Shown: positions 51,560 through 60,783 of the stretch, piece after piece
Position numbering within the stretch: position 1 is the first letter of the stretch
How the letters are laid out: each line of letters starts with the position of its first letter
Sequence record: OR258281.1
Length of the DNA stretch: 64,000 bases
Direction: 5' to 3' (one strand)
Position numbers and translations under genes: made by a program
The notes under the pieces: model-generated
The model's database searches: none
Seen by the model: the letters and a program-made list of their open reading frames with translations, nothing else
What the model was told of the DNA's origin: nothing

Positions 51560-51826
51560 AAGGTAATCAGCAGTAACGCTCTTAGGTGGGACTTGGTATC
51601 GTAATTGATGCATAAACAAAGGTTTGTAGTAATTCCCGCAAACGAGTAACCTTGAAAGACACGAAGCTGATTATTGTCGCCCGTACATGTTTACTTCCCT
51701 CCTTGTGAGTTCTGGTTACTGTACATTCTACACATGGTATAATGTGTAATATGATAGGCAAAGCGTAGTGGCATTTACGTCCAATGATATTGTGCCAAAT
51801 TTTCGGTAATTAAAAAGCTGAAAATA
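51560..51826 (+). ncRNA. Candidate structured ncRNA or gene-32 leader (about 270 nt)
   Basis: No ORF; nested stems taatcagc/gctgatta, gctc/gagt, gtggga/tcccgc, ataaac/gtttgt, tacacat/atgtgta; possible pseudoknot agtaacc/ggttact; bracketed by two promoters. Confidence 0.5.
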
Positions 51827-51830
51827 AACC

Positions 51831-51859
51831 TGAAACAAAGATGAAATATGTTCTATACT
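51831..51859 (+). promoter_or_regulatory. Early/middle promoter TGAAAC-N17-TATACT (proximal SSB)
   Basis: tgaaac aaagatgaaatatgttc tatact. Confidence 0.88.
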
Positions 51860-51939
51860 ATTGATACCGGATGTGCATGATGCACTGAAGGAAAACTAAG
51901 AAACTCTATATAAACAAAGAAACTGATAAGGATATCAAA

Positions 51940-52965
51940 ATGGCAACTTTAGCTGAAATTCGTGCACGTCTACTAGCTGATCAAAAGAAACAAGATGACG
52001 CTAAAAACGGAGTCTTTACTTCTCAACCTGACGCATTTCTTCCTTTCTGGAATATTGCAGACGGCAAACCTCTTAACCTACGTTTACTACCTGATGGTGG
52101 AGAAAACGATTTCTTCTGGAAAGAGCGTGAGATGATCAACCTAGTATTCCGTGGTATTAAAGGTCAGAGTACTGACACTGTGAAACTAGTTGTTCCATGC
52201 AACGAAATGTTCACTAAGCAGAAAGACTCTTGTCCGGTACTACGTGAAGTACGTACATGGTACGCTGCAAATGATGATGAGCTTACCAAGAAAGCTAATC
52301 AGTACTGGAAGAAAAAATCATATCTATTCCAAGTACTAATTGCACCAGGTTCTACTACCGTTGAAAACGATAATGCACCTGAAAACCCAATTCGTCGTAT
52401 TCTTGTTAACAAGCAAATCTTTACGCGAATTAAATCAATTCTATTGAATCCATCTATTCAATACCTACCTACTGATTACGAACACGGTCGTGATATTATG
52501 ATTGTGAAAAGTAAAAACAGCGGTGGTTTTGCATCATATGATGAATCACAATGGAGCATGGCAGAGCGTCCACTAAATGAAACAGAACGTGCAGCAATTG
52601 AGCAATACGGTCTATTCAATCTAGAAGAGTTCATGCCTAAAAAACCTTCTGATGAAGAACTTAACGCAATTGAAGAGATGTTCCAGGCTTCAGTAAACGG
52701 TGAAGCATATGATCCGCAGCGTTGGGCTAAGTACTACCGTCCAGCGGGTGTACATAAGCCAGTAGAAGGTAATACTGTTGATACGGCTACTATTGTATCT
52801 TCAGTGCAGAAAACTGTTGCACCTGTACAGCAGGAAGCTGTAGTAGCGAGTACTCCAGTACAAACTACCACTGAATCAGTTGCACCAAGTACCCCAGCCG
52901 CTACCAGTACTGGTATGTCAGCAATGGATCTACTTGCTAAACTAAACGCTAACAAAGGTCAATAA
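51940..52965 (+). CDS. gp32: Single-stranded DNA-binding protein (T4 gp32-like), 341 aa
   Basis: PFW...LRLLP, CNEM....DSCPV, ANQYWKKKSY, DYEHGRD.MIVK...GGFASYDESQW; upstream of uvsX. Confidence 0.9.
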   Translation: MATLAEIRARLLADQKKQDDAKNGVFTSQPDAFLPFWNIADGKPLNLRLLPDGGENDFFWKEREMINLVFRGIKGQSTDTVKLVVPCNEMFTKQKDSCPVLREVRTWYAANDDELTKKANQYWKKKSYLFQVLIAPGSTTVENDNAPENPIRRILVNKQIFTRIKSILLNPSIQYLPTDYEHGRDIMIVKSKNSGGFASYDESQWSMAERPLNETERAAIEQYGLFNLEEFMPKKPSDEELNAIEEMFQASVNGEAYDPQRWAKYYRPAGVHKPVEGNTVDTATIVSSVQKTVAPVQQEAVVASTPVQTTTESVAPSTPAATSTGMSAMDLLAKLNANKGQ

Positions 52966-52972
52966 TATATTA

Positions 52973-53001
52973 AGGGGCAACGGAGTTTGCCCCGTTCTTT
53001 T
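52973..53001 (+). terminator. Intrinsic terminator after SSB
   Basis: ggggcaa-cggagt-ttgcccc-gttctttt. Confidence 0.8.
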
Positions 53002-53015
53002 CATGGAGTGAAATT

Positions 53016-54155
53016 ATGAAGAATATTTCTGCACTAAGCAATATTATCAAAAGTAGTACTAAAAGTCTAAAAGGCATTACTGGCGTAAGTATTGGATTTC
53101 ACGATCCTGATACTTGGGTAAGTACTGGCAACCTCGCTTTAAACTACCGTATCAGCGGTGACTTCGAAAAAGGTATTCCACTAGGTAAAGTTACTGTATT
53201 CGCGGGTGAATCTGGTTCAGGTAAATCATTTATCGTATCTGGTAATATCGCACGTGAAGCACAGAAACAAGGGATCTTCGTGGTAATGATTGATTCCGAA
53301 AACGCCCTTGATGACCAATGGCTAACTGATCTAGGTGTTGATACTTCTCCCGAAAAACTACTTAAACTTAATATGTCAATGATTGACCACGTAGGTAAAT
53401 TTACCTCTGAGTTTATTAAAGGTTATCGTGGTGATTTCGAAGATGTAACACGTGAAGAACGTCCTAAAGTACTTTTCATTGTTGACTCACTCGGTATGCT
53501 ATTAACGCCTACTGAAATCGACCAGTTCGAAAAAGGTGATATGAAAGGTGATATGGGTCGTAAAGCTAAACAGCTTAAAGCACTTGTTACAAACTGTGTA
53601 AACAGTTTTGGTGATTTGAATATTGGCATGGTATGTACTAACCATACATACGCATCACAAGATATGTTTGATCCTGACCCTAAGATTTCTGGCGGTAGTG
53701 GTTTCGTATATGCAGCATCGATTCTTGTTGCCATGGGTAAACTAAAACTGAAAGAAGATGAAGAAGGTAATAAACTTACTGGTGGTGAAGTAGCTGGTAT
53801 TCGTGCTAAATGTAAAGTGATGAAAACACGCTTCAACAAACCTTTCGAAGATGTTGAAATTAAAATTCCTTATAGTACTGGTATGAATCCATACAGCGGT
53901 CTACTTGATATGTTTGAGAAATTTAAACTAATTAATCAGGTTGGTACTAGCTTAGTGTATGTTGATATTGATACTGGCGAACAAATTAAAATGTTCCGCA
54001 AAGCATGGATGAGAAACGATAAAAATTGTCTTGATTTAGTTATGAAGCAGTTTGAACGTCACCCACTAATTCTTCCGGTTCAAGAAGATTTAGGTTCTGA
54101 AGATATTCCTGAAGATTCTGAATTGAATCTTGAAGGAACAAATACCGAAGAATAA
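53016..54155 (+). CDS. uvsX: RecA-like recombinase UvsX, 379 aa
   Basis: STG..ALNY.ISG, Walker A AGESGSGKS, IDSENA, VDSLG, TNHTY, SGGSG. Confidence 0.95.
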   Translation: MKNISALSNIIKSSTKSLKGITGVSIGFHDPDTWVSTGNLALNYRISGDFEKGIPLGKVTVFAGESGSGKSFIVSGNIAREAQKQGIFVVMIDSENALDDQWLTDLGVDTSPEKLLKLNMSMIDHVGKFTSEFIKGYRGDFEDVTREERPKVLFIVDSLGMLLTPTEIDQFEKGDMKGDMGRKAKQLKALVTNCVNSFGDLNIGMVCTNHTYASQDMFDPDPKISGGSGFVYAASILVAMGKLKLKEDEEGNKLTGGEVAGIRAKCKVMKTRFNKPFEDVEIKIPYSTGMNPYSGLLDMFEKFKLINQVGTSLVYVDIDTGEQIKMFRKAWMRNDKNCLDLVMKQFERHPLILPVQEDLGSEDIPEDSELNLEGTNTEE

Positions 54156-54210
54156 AATCATATAGAGTAGTACCTAACGGTGCTGCTCTTTTTTGTTTGG
54201 AGAAAATAAA

Positions 54211-54678
54211 ATGGCACAGATTAAATGGCATCGTATTATCAAGGCTGATAAATCTAAACTTGAGGACTTCATTGATTTCTTTGAAAAGGAAATTGAAGAT
54301 GCCCGTAAAGAAATAGTAGCTAAAGGTAATCTGGAAACAGTAACAAAGAATATTCCATATTATCACGATATGCGTTTTGCACAATTGCAGCAGGTTGAAA
54401 CAGTACTTGAAGTACTTGAACTTGAACTGAAAGAGTTACGTTCTGAAAAGTTCCAGCTATTTCTTGAGAGCTATAAACGTGCTCTAACATCTAATGACTG
54501 TATGAAGTACGTCGATGGTGAAAAAGAAGTAGTAGCACTTAGTGGTATTATTAATGAAGTACGTTTTGTACGTAATCAGTTGCTAGGAATTGTTGATTCA
54601 TTAAGTAAACTTGGATTTGCTTTAGGTCATATTATTCGCCTACGTACTGCTGGTCTAGAAGATGCTCGTTTAGAGTAA
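54211..54678 (+). CDS. uvsY: Recombination mediator UvsY-like, about 155 aa
   Basis: Follows uvsX; helical; FLESYKRALTSND..KYVDGE pattern; start refined to MAQIKW behind GGAG. Confidence 0.8.
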   Translation: MAQIKWHRIIKADKSKLEDFIDFFEKEIEDARKEIVAKGNLETVTKNIPYYHDMRFAQLQQVETVLEVLELELKELRSEKFQLFLESYKRALTSNDCMKYVDGEKEVVALSGIINEVRFVRNQLLGIVDSLSKLGFALGHIIRLRTAGLEDARLE

Positions 54679-54688
54679 GAGAGAATTA

Positions 54689-54982
54689 ATGTCAATTTCT
54701 AAAGCCAAAAACGTTTTGAACAGATATTGGATTTCGTATGAAGAAATGAATGAAGCACTTAAAGTTCAAGGCCCATCTTATCATTACGTAATTGAATATG
54801 ATGATGAGGAATCTAAATTCAGTATTGTTACTTATGGCAATGATGATAATGATAATTCAGTACTGGATTTCTCAATGTCAATATACCCTATGCAGTTCCA
54901 TGGCACTGAATTCTATTTTGAGAAATGGTTCAAAGGTGTTAAGGAAGTAATAGTACATTATTATATGGAAAAGAATCGATGA
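54689..54982 (+). CDS. Hypothetical protein, 97 aa
   Basis: ORF track; C-terminal LDFSMSIYP resembles the motif of 23642/24184. Confidence 0.7.
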   Translation: MSISKAKNVLNRYWISYEEMNEALKVQGPSYHYVIEYDDEESKFSIVTYGNDDNDNSVLDFSMSIYPMQFHGTEFYFEKWFKGVKEVIVHYYMEKNR

Positions 54983-55782
54983 ATAAAATAGAAGAATTTT
55001 TATACTGGTTGGGAGTAGTTGATACTGAGACTACCGGAACGACTAATACAGATGATGTTATTGAATTCAGTATTATGATGAATCAAGGGAGTGAACCTAC
55101 GTACTTTACATCCTATTTTAAAACCAATATTCCGGTTCCTCCTGAGAGTTCAGCAGTACATTGGATTTCAGACGAGGATTTAACAGATGCACCTACCTTT
55201 GAAAGTGCTGCAAGTACAATAGGTATGATTATGGACCAAATGCAGTATTTGGTGGGTCATAATGTTGAATTTGACCGCCAGATGATTGCACAGAATTATG
55301 CACGTAAAAACATTACAGTGCCAAATTCAGTACTGAATAAACAGCAATGGATTTGTACCCACAAAATAGCAAAGAAACTATTTGGACAAGACACCATTGA
55401 ATTTGATAATTTTAAACTAGGGTACTTGTGGTTTAAATTAGGTCTGAATAAATTAAGTACCAGAAAGATTAATCCTCATAAAGCTGAAGATGATGTGTAT
55501 ATGTGTTATATGCTACTAATTAGTCTTTTGAATGAATGTATTAATCGTGGTATTGTTGACCCCAATAAGGATATTGGAGTACAACTACATAAATTCAGCA
55601 CTACCCCAAATATTCTAGAAGTTTATCCTTATGGAAAATATAAGGGTACTAAGTTCAAAGAAGTATTCGAAAAAGATCGCCGTTACTTAGAATGGATGGT
55701 TACCACAAGTGACCTTTTAAATCCTGAGAACTCAAGCTTTGATGAAGACTTTGCTGCGACTATTGAATATTATCTAAGTTAA
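54979..55782 (+). CDS. DEDDh 3'-5' exonuclease (ExoX/DnaQ-like), 267 aa
   Basis: VDTETTG, GHNVEFD, HKAEDDV, C-terminal PYGKYKG..F.EV...D..YLEW. Confidence 0.9.
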   Translation: MNKIEEFLYWLGVVDTETTGTTNTDDVIEFSIMMNQGSEPTYFTSYFKTNIPVPPESSAVHWISDEDLTDAPTFESAASTIGMIMDQMQYLVGHNVEFDRQMIAQNYARKNITVPNSVLNKQQWICTHKIAKKLFGQDTIEFDNFKLGYLWFKLGLNKLSTRKINPHKAEDDVYMCYMLLISLLNECINRGIVDPNKDIGVQLHKFSTTPNILEVYPYGKYKGTKFKEVFEKDRRYLEWMVTTSDLLNPENSSFDEDFAATIEYYLS

Positions 55783-55797
55783 TACAGGAGCCACGGA

Positions 55798-57264
55798 ATG
55801 GCAAAGCTAATCCTCATGGATGAGGTGAATTGTAAATTTGAAGATCTTGATCCAGCAGTTCGCCAGAAGTTAATTAAAGCGGTATCATATGTTTTACCAC
55901 ATGCACGTTTCACCCCACAAGGGCGTATGGGACGCTGGGATGGAAAGGTAAACTTTATGAATATGGGCGGTAAAACTTATTTCCATATGCTGGAAAAGTT
56001 GCTACCCATTCTTGAAGAAAATAAAGTACAATTAGAGATTGAAGATCTACGTCCTCAATACAATTTCGAATTTGATGAAATTGATAAAGACTTCTTTAAT
56101 TATGTCCAATTCCCACCGGGTCATCATATGGAAGGTAAGAGTATTACCCTCCATGATCATCAGGTAGAAGCGGTTAATGCATGTCTGGCAAACCGTCATG
56201 GTTTGTTACTTGCAAGTACCAGTGCTGGTAAAACTCTAATTACTGCTGCACTATCTAAAAAGGTTGAGAAGTACGGAAGAAGTATTGTAATTGTACCTAA
56301 TACAGATCTGGTACAACAAACTTTCAATGATTATGAAATGCTGGGCTTAGATGCTGGCGTATTTTATGGTTCCAAGAAAGAGTTTGGACATAAACATACT
56401 ATTACAACATGGCAGTCACTAAACTCTTTGTGGAAGAAGACAAAGAAAGGTGATATTCAGATGGATGAAAATGATGTTCATGACTTCATTCTTGATGTAT
56501 GTTGTGTAGTAGTAGATGAATGTCATACTTCAAGTGCCGATGCATTACAGGCAATCTTAGGCGAAGTAATGTGTAACATTCCTATTCGCTGGGGATTAAC
56601 TGGTACTATTCCAAAAGATGAAGTACTAGCCAACAAGATTAAATGTAATGTGGGTAACGTAATCTATACTATCAGTGCAAAAGATTTACAGGATAAAAAG
56701 ATCCTTAGTACTTGTAACATCAATGCTATTCGTCTTAAAAGTTCTCTTAAGTTCGGTACTTATCCTGAAGAACTAAAATGGTTAGTTACTAACCGAGAAC
56801 GGATGAAGTATATAGCTTCATTAATTGAGGCTATATCAAATTCAGGTAACACTTTAGTACTGGTTGACCGCCTAGAGGCTGGTGAACTTTTATGTGAGTT
56901 CCTTAATATACCTAAAAGTGAATTTGTTCGTGGTGATACGAACAAGAAAGATCGCGAAAGTCAGTACGGTGAAATACGCTGGGCTGATAATAAAATACTT
57001 ATAGCAACGTTTGGCGTTGCGAGTACTGGTATTAGTATTAGTCGTTTATATAATGTTGTTTTGATTGAACCAGGCAAAAGCTTTGTTCGTACCATTCAAA
57101 GTATTGGTCGTGGACTGCGTAAAGCACAGGACAAAGACCATGTTGAAATTTACGATATTTGTGGCACTAATAAATATACCGCTCGACATTCCAATGAGCG
57201 TATTAAGTACTACAAAGAAGTACAATATCCTTATAACGTTATTACAGTAAAGGATTGGGAATAA
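55798..57264 (+). CDS. uvsW: SF2 DNA helicase UvsW, 488 aa
   Basis: STSAGKT, VVVDECH, GLTGT, GVASTGI, QSIGRGLR. Confidence 0.95.
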   Translation: MAKLILMDEVNCKFEDLDPAVRQKLIKAVSYVLPHARFTPQGRMGRWDGKVNFMNMGGKTYFHMLEKLLPILEENKVQLEIEDLRPQYNFEFDEIDKDFFNYVQFPPGHHMEGKSITLHDHQVEAVNACLANRHGLLLASTSAGKTLITAALSKKVEKYGRSIVIVPNTDLVQQTFNDYEMLGLDAGVFYGSKKEFGHKHTITTWQSLNSLWKKTKKGDIQMDENDVHDFILDVCCVVVDECHTSSADALQAILGEVMCNIPIRWGLTGTIPKDEVLANKIKCNVGNVIYTISAKDLQDKKILSTCNINAIRLKSSLKFGTYPEELKWLVTNRERMKYIASLIEAISNSGNTLVLVDRLEAGELLCEFLNIPKSEFVRGDTNKKDRESQYGEIRWADNKILIATFGVASTGISISRLYNVVLIEPGKSFVRTIQSIGRGLRKAQDKDHVEIYDICGTNKYTARHSNERIKYYKEVQYPYNVITVKDWE

Positions 57265-57295
57265 TCTTAACAATAAAGAACATCTAAAATATTCA

Positions 57296-57324
57296 TGAAA
57301 TAAAAACAATAGATGTTCTATACT
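57296..57324 (+). promoter_or_regulatory. Early/middle promoter TGAAAT-N17-TATACT
   Basis: tgaaat aaaaacaatagatgttc tatact. Confidence 0.8.
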
Positions 57325-57342
57325 AATAAAGGAAGCACACAG

Positions 57343-57765
57343 ATGAGTTTACGTTCAAGCCTCGCTATCATTTCTGATAATGGCAATAAATTAGATGAAG
57401 TTGATACACTTCTTACTGATGATAGTATTTTAGATGACATGGTATTGTCTCTGGATTATGTTAGCGAACTGGATAAAGATGATACACGCGTTTATCGCTG
57501 TGAAACCAATGAAGATTCATGGGTTAACATCTATGAAGTACTTAAACGCTTGGATGGTAATGCTAGTGATATAGTATATGCAAGCACTGACAGTAAAACT
57601 TTTGTTGAAGTGATTAGTACTTCTGGTTTATTTGATGCATACGTTGATACAAATTTAGACAAGATTCAGGAACTGTGCGAAACATACGGTTTAGAATTCT
57701 TCGGTGCTGAAGATGAATATGACTATGATTCAGAAGATGAAGACGATCACGACGATTGGAACTAA
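57343..57765 (+). CDS. Acidic hypothetical protein, about 140 aa
   Basis: Start refined to 57343 (AAGGA SD; the track start lies inside the promoter); C-terminus EDEYDYDSEDEDDHDDWN. Confidence 0.75.
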   Translation: MSLRSSLAIISDNGNKLDEVDTLLTDDSILDDMVLSLDYVSELDKDDTRVYRCETNEDSWVNIYEVLKRLDGNASDIVYASTDSKTFVEVISTSGLFDAYVDTNLDKIQELCETYGLEFFGAEDEYDYDSEDEDDHDDWN

Positions 57766-57768
57766 TTG

Positions 57769-57801
57769 AAGTCCCTGTGCTGAGAAGTGCAGGGACTTTT
57801 T
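57769..57801 (+). terminator. Intrinsic terminator
   Basis: aagtccctgtgc-tgagaa-gtgcagggactt-ttt. Confidence 0.8.
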
Positions 57802-57816
57802 ACATGGAGTAGTAAT

Positions 57817-58317
57817 ATGAATGTTTTAACACCCGAAAATTATGCGTTTGATATGAATCAGGTAACTGATACTGAGCCGGATGCAATGTTCTGTGTTCTG
57901 GACTTATCAGATATTGATGAATCTGATTATTTCTTTAAACACATCCTCAATACCGTATCGTTTAATAGTATCAGTGCTGAATTGCAAGTTGGTACTGAAC
58001 GTATACAGGTTCCTCTAAGCTGGCAAATCCTAGTAGGAGATGAAGATACTGGAATGGTGGAAATGTGCACTATTGAAAATCTTCTTAATATGAAAGAGCC
58101 AAAAGCTTATGTAATTAATCCGCTACGTTCACTATATGCTAAATTTGAAGACATTAAAGTACTTCATGTTTATACATTGCCTATCAAGTGGCAGATACCT
58201 TATCTTCAAAAGAAAAATCTGTTAGCAGTACCTTTACGTAATGGTAATAATCCACCGTGTGTATTCTTTGCTGACGAAAACGAAAAAATTCAGGATCTAT
58301 ATCTAGGACTTGCGTAA
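57817..58317 (+). CDS. Conserved hypothetical protein, about 166 aa
   Basis: Start refined to MNVLTPEN behind GGAG; first gene of a coupled operon ending in the DnaE-like gene. Confidence 0.75.
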   Translation: MNVLTPENYAFDMNQVTDTEPDAMFCVLDLSDIDESDYFFKHILNTVSFNSISAELQVGTERIQVPLSWQILVGDEDTGMVEMCTIENLLNMKEPKAYVINPLRSLYAKFEDIKVLHVYTLPIKWQIPYLQKKNLLAVPLRNGNNPPCVFFADENEKIQDLYLGLA

Positions 58318-59150
58318 TGATAAACTTTGATGATGTACCATTAGATGACGAATTTTCCAAGAATGAGAAACTTAAACTTGATATTGGTGTAGTACTTCAG
58401 AATATTGATACTGCTAACTTTAGTTTCTACAATGAATTATCAGAAGAAGAACGTAAACTGTTTACTCCTTATACAGTCCAACGATGGGTAGGCTCACTTG
58501 ATGATGCAATCCAGGTAACGTATAATGCTAAAAGTTTAGAATCTATTTTTGGTAAATGGAAAGAAGGTGGTAAAGCTGCTCTCAATGAATTCATTGAAGA
58601 ATTCAATGGTTCAACTATGAAATGTTCATCAGTAGTCAAATATGAACATGCTAAGTTTGATTGGCGTTTTCGTTTCAGTATGGAATCTAATTCTGCTGCA
58701 CTAGAATTCATTACTTCCATGAAAGAGTTCGCTCCAAATGCACGTTCTGAAATTGTTTCACTCACCAGTACTGAAGTAGTTAAAAACAATGTTCAGATGC
58801 TTAATGAATTGGTAAACGTACACTTTTGGGAATTACATAAGTACCCTGAACTGGTATATAAACTTTTGTGTCTAGTATCGGTACTAAGCGATACTAATAA
58901 GAAAGATCGTTCGTGGCTTCCATTCAGCAAGAACAATAAGAAACCGGATGCAGAGATCTCTAAGGTACTACGTACATCACTAAGTGCATTAACATCATTA
59001 CAGCTTGAAAATTCAGAATATAAAATTCTTGTCCGTGAAACGGAAGTTGATAAATTTGATCTTATGCTTACTGAACACGGTTATCAGGAAAATGATAGAA
59101 AAGCATTGTTGAAGAAATTTAAATCGGAAAAAGAGAAATATGGCAAATGA
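58317..59150 (+). CDS. Possible clamp-loader small subunit (gp62-like) with internal insertion, 277 aa
   Basis: FYNELSEEERKLFTPY.VQRW...LNELVN.HFWELHKYPEL..KLL...RSWLPF pattern recalls gp62-like proteins (inference). Confidence 0.45.
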   Translation: MINFDDVPLDDEFSKNEKLKLDIGVVLQNIDTANFSFYNELSEEERKLFTPYTVQRWVGSLDDAIQVTYNAKSLESIFGKWKEGGKAALNEFIEEFNGSTMKCSSVVKYEHAKFDWRFRFSMESNSAALEFITSMKEFAPNARSEIVSLTSTEVVKNNVQMLNELVNVHFWELHKYPELVYKLLCLVSVLSDTNKKDRSWLPFSKNNKKPDAEISKVLRTSLSALTSLQLENSEYKILVRETEVDKFDLMLTEHGYQENDRKALLKKFKSEKEKYGK

Positions 59151-59838
59151 TTTTGAATGCCGGTTCTGTTCTAAGAAATTTAAAAGGGAGCAAACGGTAC
59201 TATCTCATAAATGTTTAAAACGTGACCGTTATAATGAGAAAGATACCAGAAAGATGAAAGTTGCATATATGATGTGGAAAGAATATATGCAATACCATAA
59301 GTTTAAGATTCCCGCTAAAGTAGTACAGGCTGGCGATGAGTACTTGTACTTTATTAATAGCTCAGTATTCAATGAATTTGAGAAATTTGCAGAATATGTA
59401 ACTCAGAATGATATTTTTAAACCTGATGAATTTATTACTCATGTAATAAAATCAGGAATAAATGCCAGAGATTGGTGTACCTTTAAGGTACATCAGGATT
59501 GGGTAATTAAGTATACTAGAAATGAACACCCGCGTAGCGGCATAGAACGCAGTATAAGAGCCTTTGCTGATTGGGAAGCCCTAACAGGTCAACCATGGAA
59601 TACGTTCTTCAGTAGTGCTACGCTGGTTCGTGTAATCATGTGGTTTGAGAGTGGGAAGCTTTCACCATGGATTATCTATGCAAGTAATACTGCCGATGAA
59701 TTACTGAGTAGAGTAAGTGATTCAGAATATTCACATCTTATACCTTATATCGATCATACAGTTTGGATTCCTAAGATTAGTGCGTACCGAACTGATGTAG
59801 AAAGTATTAAACAAGAACTAAAAGGATTTGGTTTATAA
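59140..59838 (+). CDS. Zinc-finger-containing hypothetical protein, 232 aa
   Basis: N-terminal CRFCSKKFKREQTVLSHKC (C2H2/C2HC-like). Confidence 0.75.
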   Translation: MANDFECRFCSKKFKREQTVLSHKCLKRDRYNEKDTRKMKVAYMMWKEYMQYHKFKIPAKVVQAGDEYLYFINSSVFNEFEKFAEYVTQNDIFKPDEFITHVIKSGINARDWCTFKVHQDWVIKYTRNEHPRSGIERSIRAFADWEALTGQPWNTFFSSATLVRVIMWFESGKLSPWIIYASNTADELLSRVSDSEYSHLIPYIDHTVWIPKISAYRTDVESIKQELKGFGL

Positions 59839-60158
59839 TGGACAACAATAATATTAAGTCACAAGTTTATTCACAAGAGAATAATCCGGTACAACCTAAA
59901 GATAACTCATCTTCATTTCTAAAACGTGGTTCGGTAACCAGTATTACTATTGGTGATAAAACACTTGAAGTACTTGATAAAGATTTTGCCAAAGCGGTAC
60001 AGAATAAAATTAATGAGCTGCAAGAGAAAAATACTGAAACTCAACGTGCGTTTCGTTTACAAAGTGCAAAGTTGGCACAGCTTGAATCCGATTTGGCTAC
60101 ATTGAAACAAATTGTAAAATCTATGGGACAGGATATACTTAAAAATAACTGGAAATAG
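59838..60158 (+). CDS. Hypothetical coiled-coil protein, 106 aa
   Basis: TAATG coupling; heptad-rich C-terminal half. Confidence 0.7.
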   Translation: MDNNNIKSQVYSQENNPVQPKDNSSSFLKRGSVTSITIGDKTLEVLDKDFAKAVQNKINELQEKNTETQRAFRLQSAKLAQLESDLATLKQIVKSMGQDILKNNWK

Positions 60159-60159
60159 T

Positions 60160-60783
60160 ATGGAATACAGAAAGGCCAGAACTGACATTGATATAGACTT
60201 ACGCAGCAGAGATGATGCACTTGCCGTTATTAATTGTGTAAGAAGTACTGAGAAAATTACAGAGGAAGGGTTAGTGCCTCACAAAACCGGAATACATTTA
60301 GATAATATTCCGGTAGATCCATGTACTGGTTTTGCTGCAATAGCGTACAAGGAAGCTGAGGCACTAGGTTATCAGAAAATAGATTTACTAAATGTAAGTG
60401 CGTATGATAATGTAAAGGACAGGGAGCATTTGAAAAGGTTAGCGAGTACTGAACCTAATTGGGAGTTGTTGTTATATCCTGAGATATGCGAACAATTGTT
60501 TCAGCTTAAGAATTATTGTTCATTGCTGAATGTCTGGAAACCTACGAGTATTGATGAATTGGCTATGATATTGGCTATGATACGTCCGGGGAAGAGAAAT
60601 TGTCAAAGTTTGTATAATTGGCAGGAAGTTCGGGAGCAGATTTGGGATTATAGTACTGTAGCAACTGATGCAAATGGTAAAAAGCTTAACTACTTTAAAA
60701 AACCACACGCTTATAGTTACAGTCTCTTGATTATTGTACAACTTAATGCGTTAGTAGAAAAACTTACTTCTTCCGCTTCTTAA
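60160..60783 (+). CDS. Miniature DNA polymerase III alpha (DnaE/C-family)-like protein, 207 aa
   Basis: TDIDIDL, HKTG, GYQKIDLL, LAMIRPG and YFKKPHAYSY match the DnaE PDFDVDF, HAGG, GLVKFDFL, ALFRPGP and YGFNKSHSAAY motifs in order. Confidence 0.85.
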   Translation: MEYRKARTDIDIDLRSRDDALAVINCVRSTEKITEEGLVPHKTGIHLDNIPVDPCTGFAAIAYKEAEALGYQKIDLLNVSAYDNVKDREHLKRLASTEPNWELLLYPEICEQLFQLKNYCSLLNVWKPTSIDELAMILAMIRPGKRNCQSLYNWQEVREQIWDYSTVATDANGKKLNYFKKPHAYSYSLLIIVQLNALVEKLTSSAS

